This document shows positions 1 through 13,000 of a stretch of 64,000 nt of DNA, piece by piece. Each line of letters opens with the position of its first letter. Position 1 is the first letter of the stretch. A program made the translations under genes and the position numbers. The notes under the pieces were generated by a model. That model searched no databases. It was given only the letters and a program-made list of their open reading frames with translations, and was not told the origin of the DNA. The stretch is from Nemertoderma westbladi (taxonomy: Eukaryota; Animalia; Xenacoelomorpha): the NCBI GenBank assembly GCA_032718475.1, contig JAUCBJ010007819.1, forward strand, positions 1 through 64,000. The letters run 5' to 3'.

Positions 1-1909
1 ATATACTGTAGATATTTTTTGTCATTGTAATGGGAATTCCAGAAACTAAGAAAATGGTATATAAATAAAGTTTTCAAAGTAATAATTCATAATAAATGTA
101 ATTCAGCATAGCTCAATAACCTTTCTACCATTGGCAATCAGAAAAACAATATTAAATATGAGAATTTTCTTTGAAAATTGAGAAAATTAAAAAAGTGTGA
201 AATAAAGTAAATATTCATTCCACTGTTTTCCTAAAGTTTATATGTATTCGACCTTTCCGAATCTGAAAAGCGATGTTTAGCGCAAAATCATATATTTTTT
301 GTCCCAGATTCGGTAAACACTTGAGATAAATAAGGCTCAAAATAAAATTGGCTTTCGGTAACATCAATGTCAACACTCTGAGGATACCCCACATCAATAA
401 ATCCATTGACATGTGACCATATCTCACCAGTCAACCCTCTGTAATACTCGCGAAATTTACAGACTAGGTTTAGCATCTTTATTAATCTCACCACTACCGG
501 TACATTTCTTCCAAAACTGTTGCTAGCCTAAGACCAATCAAGTTCATCAGTCTGAGTTTTCACATATGCGTACCTATGTACTTCGCTCCCCGTAAAGAAG
601 ATCTGTACGCCCTACGCGCAAATGCTAATAGATATTGTGATTGGGCTTGGGCATTGTGTAATCTATTGTTATTCTCCAGGCAGAAGAAAAAGTTGAGCGA
701 CTTAAATAGCACTCTGTATCAAACCAAGGCGCCCCTGGTTCATGTGTATTATTTTGTAAACTTTGTAAATTCCGTAAAGCCGGGCGTCTAGCTCGCACAG
801 ACAAGTTTACCTACAATAACACTCCCATAGAAATAGTCCTTCAACCGTCCCTCTGCTTCTCTGAGCACATCCAGTTAAAGAAAGCCACTGCTTATTCAAC
901 GATCGGTTCACTGACACATCTCCATTTACTCTCTATTGAAACAGGACTAAAAATATTCAACATGAAAATTACCACTTCAGCACTCTACCTAATAACTAGT
1001 ATTGGTAAATACCTAACATTACAGAACCTTAAAGACACGACGCGAACGTAACAACAACTTCATCACAGAATCTTTTCTGGACGGCCCCGGATTTCAGAAT
1101 TCCCATTGGAAGATGGCAGGTCAGCGTAACAGGCACGTTATTACTCGTGCGACCGCCCATGGGTTCCACCACCTAATCTGCGTCAACCAAACGCCTTTCC
1201 ACTCGCTATCTACCGAATGTATATGTCAGTATTGTAACCTCCCATGTACACGACGATATCATGCATTTAACTGCAGCGACTGCCCTCCACTTTCTCGTCT
1301 CGCATCTCAATAACTAATAATTGTATTCAATTTCTTATCTATTTATTTATGTACATAAATTTTACTGGTTTCCATTTACCCCGCCTGGGGTGTATCGAAT
1401 TAATATTAATGGATGGATATTACGTAGTTAAAACGATGGCCGTTGGGGACCATCGTAACTACAATACATAGATAATTGGTTCCATGATAGATAAATTGGC
1501 GCCAACGAATCTAGAGAGGTATTGTTAAACAAACTCTGTTACGATTTTATAAAGTGACGAGGCCGCAAACCTTTCATTGTAAAGTTCCAGTATTCCCCGA
1601 ATCAAACTCCCAGAGTTACCCATCGATGTTGGTAGGGATAGAGGCCCAAATGTTCTTAGTAGCTACCAGTGCATCTGTTACATCTATTGTATTTGGATCT
1701 AATTTAGGTACCCAATTATATTCCTACGTTCACTCCTAAGGCGCTCCACTCCCCTAAGCACTGTAGCTGCTGCATTCGGTATTACAGTCAGCCAAACCCA
1801 GAAAGTATTAAAGGCCCCAACTGGTGAGGTTTGTGTCATTAAATTGAATTATATTGGTAATATTTAGACTGTCACATTTATACTTCAGTTAGTCCGAATT
1901 GTATTAAAT

Positions 1910-3334
1910 ATGTCTTCGAATACTTTGAGTGACGCTGCTTGGGATTTACTGGATCGTATCATGGCAGATGAAAGTGATTCTCAGTCCGGTGAGGAGGAAC
2001 AAGAGAAATGCGTCACTCCACCAACTGTTAATAACGAAATCAGCAACACAAACAGCGGTATAAACGTTATCAGTTTTAAATCAGAATCAGAATTTAATTG
2101 TGGTACTTCTGAAGATAAATCTCTAAACGTCAAGCAAGAGTTCTGTACAGATGAACAATATTCTAATAATCAAATCGGTAACACAAACAGCGCTTTAAAC
2201 GTTATCAGTTTTAAATCAGAAGCGGGAGCTATTTGCGGTACTTCTAAAGATACATCTCGAAAGATCAAACAAGAGTTCTGTACAGATGAACAATATTCTA
2301 ATAATCAAATCGGTAACACAAACAGCGGTTTAAACGTTATCAGTTTTAAATCAGAAGCGGGAGCTATTTGCGGTACATCCGAAGATACATCTCGAGTTGT
2401 AAGACAAGATTTCTGTATTGGGAAACCATCTCCTTGTGAAGTTATTGCTAAGTCCGTTCTCAATTGTAATCGAATTAATCGCAAAGTAAATTTAGAGAAT
2501 CGTAAACAATCATTGTATAAAGGTATCAAGTATAATTGTGGGTCTTGTGTCAAACAATTTACTCAAAAAGGATATCTGAAGATACACATAGAATCAGTAC
2601 ATAAAGGTATCAAGTATAATTGTGGGTCATGTGAAAAGCAATTTAATCAAAAAGGGAATCTAAAGAAACACATAGAATCAGTACATAAAGGTATCAAGTA
2701 TAATTGCTGTTTTTGTGACAAACAATTTGGTGACAAACGGAGTCTAAAGAGTCACATGGAATCAGTACATAAAGGCATCAAGTATAATTGCGGTTCTTGT
2801 GACAAACAATTTAGTGAAAAACATAATCTTAAGAAACACATGGAATCAGTACATAAAGGTATCAAGTATAATTGTGGTTCTTGTGACAAACAATTTAGTG
2901 CAAAACAGAGTCTGAAGAAACACATGGAATCAGTACATAAAGGTATCAAGTATAATTGCAATTCCTGTGACACACAATTTACTAGCAAAAGAAATCTGAA
3001 GAGACACATAGAATCAGTACATAAAGGCATCAAGTACAAATGCGTTTATTGTGACAAACAATTTAGTGACAAAGGAGTTCTAAAGAAACACATGGAATCA
3101 GTACATAAAGGTATCAAGTATAATTGCGGTTCTTGTGACAAACAATTTAATGAAAAACATAATCTTAAGAAACACATGGAATCAATACATAAAGGTATCA
3201 AGTATAATTGCGGTTCTTGTTACAAACAATATAGTGACAAACGATATCTGAAGAAACACATAGAATCAGTACATAAAGGTATCAAGTATAATTGCGGTTC
3301 CTGTGACAAACAATTTACAGCAAAAGAAATCTGA
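1910..3334 (+). CDS. Intronless C2H2 zinc-finger array protein (9 complete fingers, 10th broken by a frameshift)
   Basis: 474-aa ATG ORF; 29-aa units Y-x-C-x2-C-x3-F-x5-L-x2-H-x4-H with non-canonical KGIK linker; acidic N-terminus. Confidence 0.93.
   Translation: MSSNTLSDAAWDLLDRIMADESDSQSGEEEQEKCVTPPTVNNEISNTNSGINVISFKSESEFNCGTSEDKSLNVKQEFCTDEQYSNNQIGNTNSALNVISFKSEAGAICGTSKDTSRKIKQEFCTDEQYSNNQIGNTNSGLNVISFKSEAGAICGTSEDTSRVVRQDFCIGKPSPCEVIAKSVLNCNRINRKVNLENRKQSLYKGIKYNCGSCVKQFTQKGYLKIHIESVHKGIKYNCGSCEKQFNQKGNLKKHIESVHKGIKYNCCFCDKQFGDKRSLKSHMESVHKGIKYNCGSCDKQFSEKHNLKKHMESVHKGIKYNCGSCDKQFSAKQSLKKHMESVHKGIKYNCNSCDTQFTSKRNLKRHIESVHKGIKYKCVYCDKQFSDKGVLKKHMESVHKGIKYNCGSCDKQFNEKHNLKKHMESIHKGIKYNCGSCYKQYSDKRYLKKHIESVHKGIKYNCGSCDKQFTAKEI
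2030..2420 (+). repeat. 135-bp (45-aa) coding tandem repeat, about 3 copies, in the ZNF N-terminus
   Basis: NN(E/Q)I(S/G)NTNS-x-(I/L)NVISFKSE...CGTS...KQEFCTDEQYS repeated with 135-bp period. Confidence 0.9.
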
Positions 3335-3540
3335 AGAGACACATAGAATCAGTTCATAGAGATATCAAGTATTATTGTGAATCTTGTGAGCAACAATTTA
3401 CTGACAAAGGATATCTGAAGAAACACATAGAATCAGTACATAAAGGTATCAAGTATAATTGCGGTTCTTGAGAAAAACTATTTAGTGACAAAGGGAAAAT
3501 GAAGACACACAAACACTCAGTTCACAAAGATACCAATTAA
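3310..3540 (+). pseudogene. Out-of-frame continuation of the ZNF array (fingers 10-12)
   Basis: 1-bp deletion near 3318 (acagcaaaaga versus actagcaaaaga in finger 6); the shifted frame reads KRNLKRHIESVHRDIKYYCESCEQQF...YNCGS*EKLF...HSVHKDTN*. Confidence 0.85.
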
Positions 3541-4009
3541 GGCTCCTGGTGGTGGAATCTTTAAATTACCGACTTCAATCCCGTTTTATCAACAGAAATA
3601 AACTGCGGTACCGCGTCTGTCGGTCTGTTTATCCCTTTACTTACAAACTATATATGCGTGCACTTTGTTATCTTAAACTGACAGTATATTATATGATTAA
3701 TTTCACCATGGGTCGTGCAATAGTTATTAATCAATCAGACCACATGCAGATATTTTGCAAAGTCAATTTTCTTGGAATAACATTTTTCATTTTCAAATTA
3801 ATAATCATCCGCTATTTTTCCACCAAATTTATTTAATTTGGCTCATTGGAAGTGGTTTCGACAGTTCTTTAAATGTTATCTTATGAAATTTTGATTGATA
3901 TTAACATTTTTGTGTAATTTACCTATTTTAAATAAAAAGTTATTAAATTAATTAAAATTAAAATGGCGATAACTTTTGTGGATTCGATGGCACTGAATAC
4001 AAAAAATGT
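3541..4009 (+). repeat. ZNF 3' UTR/flank, duplicated at 47543-48000
   Basis: Long high-identity match starting ggctcctggtggtggaatc and ending caaaaaatgt; AATAAA near 3931 and 47922. Confidence 0.92.
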
Positions 4010-4512
4010 ACGCGTACGCGTATGTCAAATCGGTCAATGTTACGGTAACGGGGTTGTGTGGCTGCGCGCCGTATCGTAAACATGAGCTTACGCATTATTC
4101 GATCTTGCGTATTCATTAAAATTTGTGTTAGCGGATTCTGTCTGCTATGCGCTTCTATCACAGAGTGCGAGGGGAGCCAATTTACCAATATTTGCCAGAA
4201 CAAACTCCGGCTAGTAAGGGAACTCATTAGTTCTCTTGCAGCAAGCCGATTCATCTCATTCGTTTTTCCGTTTTACCAATTCACAGTTGAGTCAGGTGAT
4301 TGCTAGCTACTGTAGACCAAACTCTGCAAAGGGCTGCAGTTGGCACTTTACATCCATACAGTGTGCATCGTTTTGTACCTCATAGTCTAACGGTTGTCAC
4401 GGAAGGTTACTGGTCAGCGCAATATATGTAAATCATACTGTATAGCAGTATACAGTAGCTAAACATTATAGACTCTTATTCACCGGGCCTACGGCCAGAC
4501 AGTCACCATAAA

Positions 4513-5095
4513 TACTACTACGATTGGCATGCAGCATTGCAGCTGCATTATATATATATATACATTACATATATATTAAAAAATGCTGTGCCGGATTGTC
4601 CACGAAATTTCGCCGCCAGAACTGCCTATCGCCCATGACATTTGCTAGATCATCCGCATCTACAAGGCCAGTGTCCTTTAAGATGAGTCTAAGAAAGTCA
4701 TGGGCTGTCCACCATGCTTATTCACTACTTGAGGCTGCCAAACCACAAGATTATGCACTGGCTGGTTCTCACAACCAAAGCAATGTCCTGCAAAGCGGAG
4801 GGAGCTTTGTTATAGTATCAAGCAGGGGAGACTAATGGGACACCTGCTATGTTGTATAGAGACTGATTGGAGATGTGTTCATTGTAGTTGAGACAGTGAA
4901 CCCGGCGCAGCATTCTTGTGAAAGTGCCATGCCATCCAGAAATTTGGTGTCCTCGGCAGTTAGAGCCCAGCATGGACTACCATATAGGAGTACTGGTAGG
5001 CCTACTACAGCTACAAATAATCGAACCTTAAGGTTCCGTTTTATTCTATGGGACTTCCAAATCTTTGACAGACTATTTAATGCTGCCCATGCCTG
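4513..5095 (-). mobile_element. Diverged 3' fragment of RTE LINE family A
   Basis: Matches the 3' end of the copies at 28394-31242 and 32657-36411 (catgacatttgctagatcatccgcatc, gcattgcagctgcatt UTR, (CTA)n tail on + strand), with many substitutions and an (AT)n insertion. Confidence 0.88.
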
Positions 5096-7289
5096 TAAGC
5101 GGATTCAATTCCACTTCATTACCCACCAGAAAATGGGATTAGTGGCATTTTGCAATATGTTGGGGATACGAGATTACCAATATTAATCTCGCATCATAAT
5201 CAACATTGGGGGGGGGGGGGGGGGGGGATACAAGCCCCAAAGCCACAGAGAAAGGCGAGAGGTCAAACCACCTCCGAGGGAATACAGCTAGTAGAGGCTA
5301 GCAGCGGGGGGGAAACACTCCCAGGGAGTGCCAAAGTGACAATTAGTATATCAGCCAATAGTGGGGAGGGAAGCACGTGGTAAGGAACAGGAAAGCATCC
5401 ATTGGGTAGAGGGCCAAAGTAGAGTAGGAGGTAAAACCAATATTCAATGTGTGATTAATTATATATTATCTTACATTACTGGTTTACCAGTCAGTTGTGT
5501 TATTCAGTTCAGTCAGTGCAGACCAGTCATAGTTAATGACCACCACCGCCATACCGGTAACAATTAACTTGTATTTTCTGCTTATTATCTACTGGCGTGC
5601 TATTATCGTCCATATTAATCAATATCGAGAGAAAACAGAAACTCTTACTGTTTTCCCCAACGGCCTCGGCCAAAGCTACTAGCATGATCCCCAGCAGAAT
5701 GGTGACGCGTACATTTCTAACCCGGTCGGGATCTCTGATCCCGTCACAGTCATTAACTGCTACCTACCAATATACTGTGACTGCAAAGAGAAATAGAAAG
5801 ATGGCGGAGGAAGGAACAACCCTATTATCAGAGGGAGAGAGGACACCGCCACGTACCCCGGACGACACCAACGAAACGATCCGTGAGGCCGCGATGCGAC
5901 GGTATCGGCCAGCGACGCCAGATTCGCCGATGGGAGACAATCTGGCTACCCAAGCGGAGCGCGGCCGTCAACCACGAGGGAGAGGCGAGTCGACGCACGA
6001 CGGCGGTCGGAGTACCGAAGTCGCCGGCCAGCCACAGGCCGAGGGCGACGGACGGCCCACCGGAACGGCGACGGTGGGGCCACCGGTACAACGCCGGACG
6101 AGGAGAGGAGGCGGAGTTGGCAAAGAGGACGTTGGGACGAGTGATCGGCTACAACGGGCCTACCACGCCACCAAGAAACTGCTTAAGGAGGCCAAAGAAG
6201 GGAGAAAGGTAGACCAGCCTAAACTACATCAGAGGCTAGGTGAGTCAAATAAACATTTTCGATATTTAGTCCATTTTGGACAGGGAGAACTGGCGAGTGA
6301 GAGAGCGAGGGGGGTCGCCACGGAACTGTTTGAGTTGTGGCGGTCCGGGGTAATGGAGCCTGAGGTAGTGTACGTAGGGCCCTACTTAATGGATGCTAGG
6401 GGAATTAAGTTAGTGGGTTGGGTGGACCCGCATGATGGCGAACCCGATGTTAACTCCAAGGATTCAGTGTCATCGGTTAGTGAGAACCCCAGAAAGCGGG
6501 GGAAAGTTAGTAGGACAGAGAGGTGACGGGAGTCTGTCGCGACCGATAAGTCCACTACATCCTCCGCAAAAGCAAGAAGGGTGATAGAGATAGATCTGGC
6601 GTGTCAACTAGACCTTGTGGCGCTGGATCAGCAGGAGTTGGAGAGGCAACTGGACGAGGGAACCGCGTTTTTAGAGAAAGAGAGAGAGTTAGCGAGGGAA
6701 TGTAGAGAGAGAGCCGAGAGGGTGGCGAGAAACTGTAGGGAGCGGGAGGAGAGAGAGATAAATGAGCGCGAGGAGCGGGAGGCGAGAGTAGAGAAAGAGT
6801 GTATAGAGCGAGAAGCGGAAGAGGCGGCGAGGGTAGAGAGGGTAACGAACGAAAGTAGAGAGCGGGAGGCGAGAGTAGAGAACGAACGTAGAGAGCGGGA
6901 GGCGAGGGAGACAGAATTAGCGAACCAAAGTTTGCGAGAGGATAGAGAGAAAGAGAGAGTGGGAAAGCGTATGCGGGATGATATGCATACCCGGTTGAGG
7001 GGACTTATGCAATACCAGGCGAAGCAAAAGCGCCGGTTAGAACTGGTGAAGCTGGGATTATCGGAGAGTGAGGCTGGTTCGGGTAGTATTTACGAGGAGC
7101 CAGAAGTAATAGAAACGTTTGTAACACCCCACTTACAGGCACCGGACGACAGACCCATGACTGGTGTAACCGTACGGGCGGGGGGGGGGGGGGGGGGGGG
7201 GTGATAATAATACATTAGAAGGAATTAATATTAATAGTACCGTAGTAGACAACCCTAATCAAAATTTTATTGCAGGAAATAATGCTTTA

Positions 7290-7580
7290 CCCGGTAATAA
7301 TAATTTTGATTCAAATATGCAAAATAATCCAAATCATTCTAACTTAAAACGCGCAAAGTAACCCAAATAATAATACAAATTTAAATGTACAAAATAATCA
7401 AAATAATATTAATTCAAACATACAAAATAATCCAAATAATAATCTTAATTTAAATGCACAAAATAATCCAAATGGTAATTTCAATTTAAACGCACAAAAT
7501 AATCCAAATAATAATAATAATTTAAATGTACAAAGTAATCCAAATAATGACTCCAATTCTGAACAAAATAATTTAGATAA
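7290..7580 (+). repeat. Asn/Gln-rich 33-36-bp coding repeat within BEL-1 gag
   Basis: + frame reads NLNVQNNQNNINSNIQNNPNNNLNLNAQNNPNGNFNLNAQNNPNNNNNLNVQSNPNN. Confidence 0.8.
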
Positions 7581-7639
7581 TAATATTATTGATAACGGTG
7601 CTATTAATACGAATGTGGGGGAGACAGGTGGACCGACCA

Positions 7640-7890
7640 GCGAGAGCCTGCAAGGCCACATAGTTACGCAGGGAGTAGCAGGGGTGAGTGAACCCGACGG
7701 GAGCCTGCAAGGCCAGGTAGTTAGGTAGGAAGTAGTGGGGGTGAGTTAACCCAACGGGAGCCTGCAAGGCCACGTAGTTAGGCAGGGAGTAGCAGGGGTG
7801 AGTCAACCCCATGGAGCCTGCAAGGCCACGTAGTTAGCCAGGGAGTAGCGGGGGTGAGTCAACCCAATGGAAGCCTGCAAGGCCACGCAG
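7640..7890 (+). repeat. 57-bp tandem repeat, about 5 copies, in BEL-1 gag
   Basis: agcctgcaaggcca recurs at about 7645, 7702, 7759, 7815, 7872; unit about SLQGHVVRQGVAGVSQPNG. Confidence 0.88.
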
Positions 7891-10013
7891 TGGAATGTCC
7901 CACAAGCGTCGGCGGATAATGCGTGGGGCGAGTTAGGTGAACCGCAGCACCCAACGACGTAGAATAGTAGGCGGATTGCGAGTATCCCCAGGAGCGTCCA
8001 ACCGGCAAGAGATAGAGAGGTTGGCGCCGTGAGCAGGCGAGCAACGAGACGTCGAGCCCAGTCGGAAGACGGAAGAAGAACAGTGGATTTTAACCAGGAG
8101 GTTAAAGAGAGATCTCATGAGCGGGAGCGCTACACTGAAGAGAGAATAAGTGAAGAAAATAGAAGAAGCATTGCTACGGGCAACTGGAGAGCAAGGACGG
8201 ACAGCAAACCATTGGTGGCAGAGATGGAGTTAGAGAGTCAGTGGGGTCGAACTCCGGGAGATTGCCGTCGCCCCAGAGAGACGCAGCCTGGTAAGATATA
8301 CCATACACCGGGAGAAGGGTACAGGATGTACTGGTACGAGGACGAGGACAGAAGAGGGGGTCGAAGAGAAACTTCCCAACAGGATATAGCTGCCGATCGA
8401 GAGTACGGTAGACGCGGGGAGGACTTATTGGAAAATTCGAGAAGATTAAACTTCGGCCCGAAAGGACACAGGCAGACTGCAGGACATACTGTAGGCCCTA
8501 CTGCACATACTATAGGCCATGCTGGAAGAGATAGTGTAGGCGATAGGGTAGTGCGAACAACGGGATTAGATCCAGAAGTCGTGGCGTACATACCGGTAGG
8601 TAGGCAAGAAGTGGATAGGCCTATACCGGTACCTGCACACCAGTATGACTATCATATGCAGGGGTATAACATATATCCAGGGGAGGGTGGAGTTATTGCC
8701 GATAGGCGTGTGGGCCCCAATATATTAACATCAACCCCAGTACCAAACATAACAGGGGGGGGGGGGACTGGGTGACATTCCCCCATTTCAATATCAGCAA
8801 TACACTCAGCTGAGAATAAAAACCCCGAACCCCTTGGACCAGAATAGATCGTGTGATACGGAGATATGGAGGGGGCCGTTACCCCCAATGATATATCCGA
8901 CACAGAAAAGGTCGACAGGCTCGACGGGTGGACCGCACCCAACAACAGGAGAGTCTGTACAGCATCCGTCGAACCCATTGGAAGCATAGGCGATGGGAAT
9001 GGCAACACTCATTGATGCGCTTAAGACCAGGATCGAGCTTCCACCAGTGGAGCCATTTAAATTCGATGGAAGCAGACCGGAAGAATACCTGCAATTCCGA
9101 TGCATGTACAGTAATGAAATATTAACTAAAAATCTGATGCAGGCGGAGTGCCTAATATATTTACAAGTCTACACAGGACCCAGCGTACGATATCGTAAGG
9201 GAGAATCAAGGTATTGAGGGCGGATCCACGACTGCATGGCGGGCCCTGGACAGGGACTACGGAGTACGGACACCCTGCCAAGATCATCCTGCAGACCTTG
9301 AGGGGAATAACATCGGGTGCCCTACAGGATAACCCTGTTAGTATAAAGACTTTCCGAATAAGGTCGAGAAGGCGTTGATCGTGCTAAAGACCTTGGATGT
9401 GCCATACGAGCTCAACGCATTGAATAACATCACCACGATAGCGCAGGCACTGCCAATCTGGCTACGGAACAAATGGAGGAAGATCGCCTTCTCCACCCGG
9501 GAGAAGAAAGGTGTGGAACCGGGCATAGAGGAAATGTCGAAATTCCTCAATTATGAAGCAGAGTTGATCACGGACCCAGTCTACAGCGAGGATAGTCTGG
9601 GGAGGGTGCTGAAGACCGAATATAACAGGCCAAAACCAGAACATAGTGCAGCAAATGCGTTACCAAAGCTGAGACAATCGCTACCATATGCGACGACGCA
9701 GGGGACTGATAGTCCACATGTAGCCAGGGGTAGGGCCACACCATGGAGCAGACAGGGGAAAAATAACAACACAAACAAACATAACCCCAACACGCCCAGT
9801 AGGCCGAAACCAAACAATAAGAATAGTAGGGATCTAGGTACGAACACAAGTGCGATACGCAGCACACTGTATAGGGAAGGCTATAATCCGAGAAACAAAT
9901 GCCAATTACATTCAAACGCACTTCATCAGACCATGAACTGCAGGTACTGGCAAGTGTTACCCAAACAAGATCAGGTAGAATACGCGAACAAAAGTAGAAT
10001 CTATCATTGACAT

Positions 10014-13000
10014 GTGGCAGGCGGACACAAGGCTGTACAATGTAAAGAGACACCAATTAAATTCGGTCAAGGCAAAGGCCAAACAATGGCGACAAGCACC
10101 ATAGGAGCAAAGAGAAGGGGAACGGTACTACTCGGGATGGTACCGGTGAGGGTAATGCGAGAAAGCGGTCGATCAGTTACCACGTTAATGCTGGTTGACA
10201 GCGGAGCAGCCTTCACGTTGGTGGAGAATTGGGTGGCCGAGGAGATAAGGTTACAGACGAGGCCGAGCAGGATGGCGGTTACTACTATCTCGAGCAAGGA
10301 TGAGGTCCTGGAGATGAGGACGGGAAGGTGCGAGATATCAGCAATAGCACCGGGATGTGACTAAGGGGCGACCATTGACCCCATTCAGGTAATAGAATCG
10401 ATCAACATAAATGCCAGGTGACCAACTAACATCGAGGTTGAGCAATACAGATTCCTGGACGAAATCGATTTCTCGATACTGGAAGTGGGCGGACGGCCCA
10501 CGAGAGAGTACGAACAATCTTCGGAGAGGACAGGGAGCGTGATCCAATGGCAGTTCTCACAATGTTTGGATGGACGCTTAGCGGCCCAATCAAAACCAAG
10601 ATTCCATTCGGGGTGTCGGAGATATCGGGGTGCATGTTCGCGGGGACCATGAGGGAGATGGAGGATGAAGGAGCAGAAGAGCAGCTTAAGAGGCTGTTAA
10701 GACAGGACTTCGAAGGATTAAAGGAGGCCAGGGTCGGAACCTCGGTAGAGGATAAACAAGCAATAGAAAGTGTGAAGGAGTCAATGAAGTGCGACGAGGG
10801 ACGGTACACCATAGGCATGGTGTGGAAACAACCAAAACTACCGTTGCCTGACAATAAAGGGATGGTACTCACGAGGCTTCGCAAACTGAAGCAAAGACTC
10901 AGACGGAGCCCCGAGAAGGATGAGTACATCCATAAGACAATAAATAAATATGTGGAAGAGGGATGGGCAGTGGAGTTACCGGTCAACGAACCGAACACGG
11001 ACAGGACCTACTACCTGCCACTTCCTGTGGCTTTAGACCCAAAGAAGGGTAAACAGTGCATGGTGGTTGATGCATCGGCCAAAACGAATGGCAAGAGCCT
11101 AAACGACTATCTGCTGGAGGGCCCCAACATCTACAACTCGGGGATAGAGGTCTTGTTGAGATTTAGAAATGGGAGGCATGCCTTCTCGTGCGAAATTGAA
11201 GGCATGTTCAACCAAGTCTGTGTGACGGAAGAGGACAGCAACAGCCACCGCTTCCTATGGTACAATGGCGACGAAGAACCGTCTGCGATACCGATGTACA
11301 AAATGGGGGTGCAAAACATGGGGGCCAAGTCATCGTCATTTACGACGACTATGGCTGTGAGAGATACGGTAGAGGGGAAAGAGGGAGAGTATAGTGCCAA
11401 GGCGATTGACATGATTCGACGCAGTTTCTATGTAGATGATGGGATGGTATCTGGAAACACGGTTGAAGAAATACTGGAGATAGGGTGCTAGGTTCGCGAC
11501 ATCATAAAGGGAACCAGATTCAAGCTGACTAAGTTCCAGTCCAGCTCAGAGGAATTCATGAAAGCCATAGAAGACAGACAGCCAGAGTCGACCATGGACA
11601 ACCCCACAACAGCGAAGGGACAGGACATGGCGAACAAGAGAGTGGAGTCTCAGCAGAAGGCGCTGGGGATCATGTGGAATCGGGAGACGGACGAGTTGCA
11701 GTATCAACTAAGCCAAGAAGGCGCAAATATCCACACAAAGCGGGGCTGTGTATCATACATAGCAAGGATATATATGACACCTTAGGCCTAGCATCCCCAT
11801 TGTTAGTCACAGGGAAGCAGATACTAAAGAAAGTATACAAGTTGAAGGACGAGTAGGATACGGAGGTCCCGGAAGAAATAAGCAAACAGTGGAGTAAGTG
11901 GACGGGAAGGTTAGAACAGATGCATGCCACGCGTGTATTTCCCGGATGGAGATATGATGGACCTGGATCTACACATGTTCTCCGATGAATCTTTGGAAGC
12001 ATACAGATCGGCACTTTATATTGTACAGCGGAAGGGGGCTCATAAGCCCAGACTTGCATTTAGTAAAGCAAAGGCAACACCACCAGATTCAGCATCAGTC
12101 CTGAAACTCGAGCTGACAGCTGCGATGTTAGGAGTAAGGGCCACAGCCTACTTGATGGATATTATACCCAACATAGTGGAGACACACTACTGGACGGACG
12201 CCATGGTAGTGCTAGGGTGGCTGCATAACGAGAAGACGATATACCCTATATTAGTCGCGAATAGGGTAGATGAGATAAGGGCGACAACCGACCTAGATAG
12301 GTGGCATTACTGCTCTACCGACGACAACCCAGCAGATTTGTTATCGAGGGGCGTGGCACTCCACACTTTCTCGAAGAAGGAAGTGTTGTGGCAGTACGGG
12401 CCATACTTCCTGAACGATAGATCAGCCTGGCCACCAATGAGGAAGGTGGACCCAGGCTCAGAGGAAGTAGTACCAGAAGAAGAAGGGGAAGATATATTCA
12501 GCCAGATGGTGAGGGAGATCAAGGAGGTGCCACCGAAATTAGAAGAACCATGCGACAACCCGATGGATAGCCTGCTCAGTTACAGCTCCAGCTGGTATAA
12601 GACCAAGAAGTTGGTAGCGTATTGGAGGGCCTATGGGGATTTCCTTAGGGGAGTTGGCAAGGATGCCAAAAGGAAACCAACCATCGATATGGAAGGAGCG
12701 GCTAAAGCCATAATACAGTACGAGCAGAGAAAGAACTACGCCAACAAAGTGGATAGAGTTAGCAAGCAACAACACCTTTGTCGAGACAGCGAGCTCAATA
12801 CGCTGTCCCCATAGTTGAACAATGAGAGGATTCTGGTGATGAATTCCAGAGTGGTGAATAACAACAGCTTAGTTATCCCACCAAAACCCATAATAATTCC
12901 TTACAAATCACTGATAGTCCACCAGATCATTTGGGACTCGGATAAGTCGATACTACATGGAGGCACGAATCAGACCCTCACGGAGATAAGAAGAAAATTC

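Larger units (their letters stand above)
5800..10010 (+). pseudogene. BEL-1 gag (very long, broken by stops and frameshifts)
   Basis: Serial ORFs: SSTTSSAKARR plus E/R coiled coil, low-complexity repeats, PFKFDGSRPEEYLQF capsid start, LPIWLRNKW...FLNYE, Cys/His knuckles near 9900-10045. Confidence 0.75.

Noticed and set aside
215-494. Minus-strand host exon
   Set aside because: Short ORFs with no recognisable domain and no convincing splice pair.
3549-3836. Conserved small ORF shared with 47551-47832; likewise ORFs in the LTRs (48860, 63702)
   Set aside because: Non-ATG frames conserved only because the DNA is recently duplicated.
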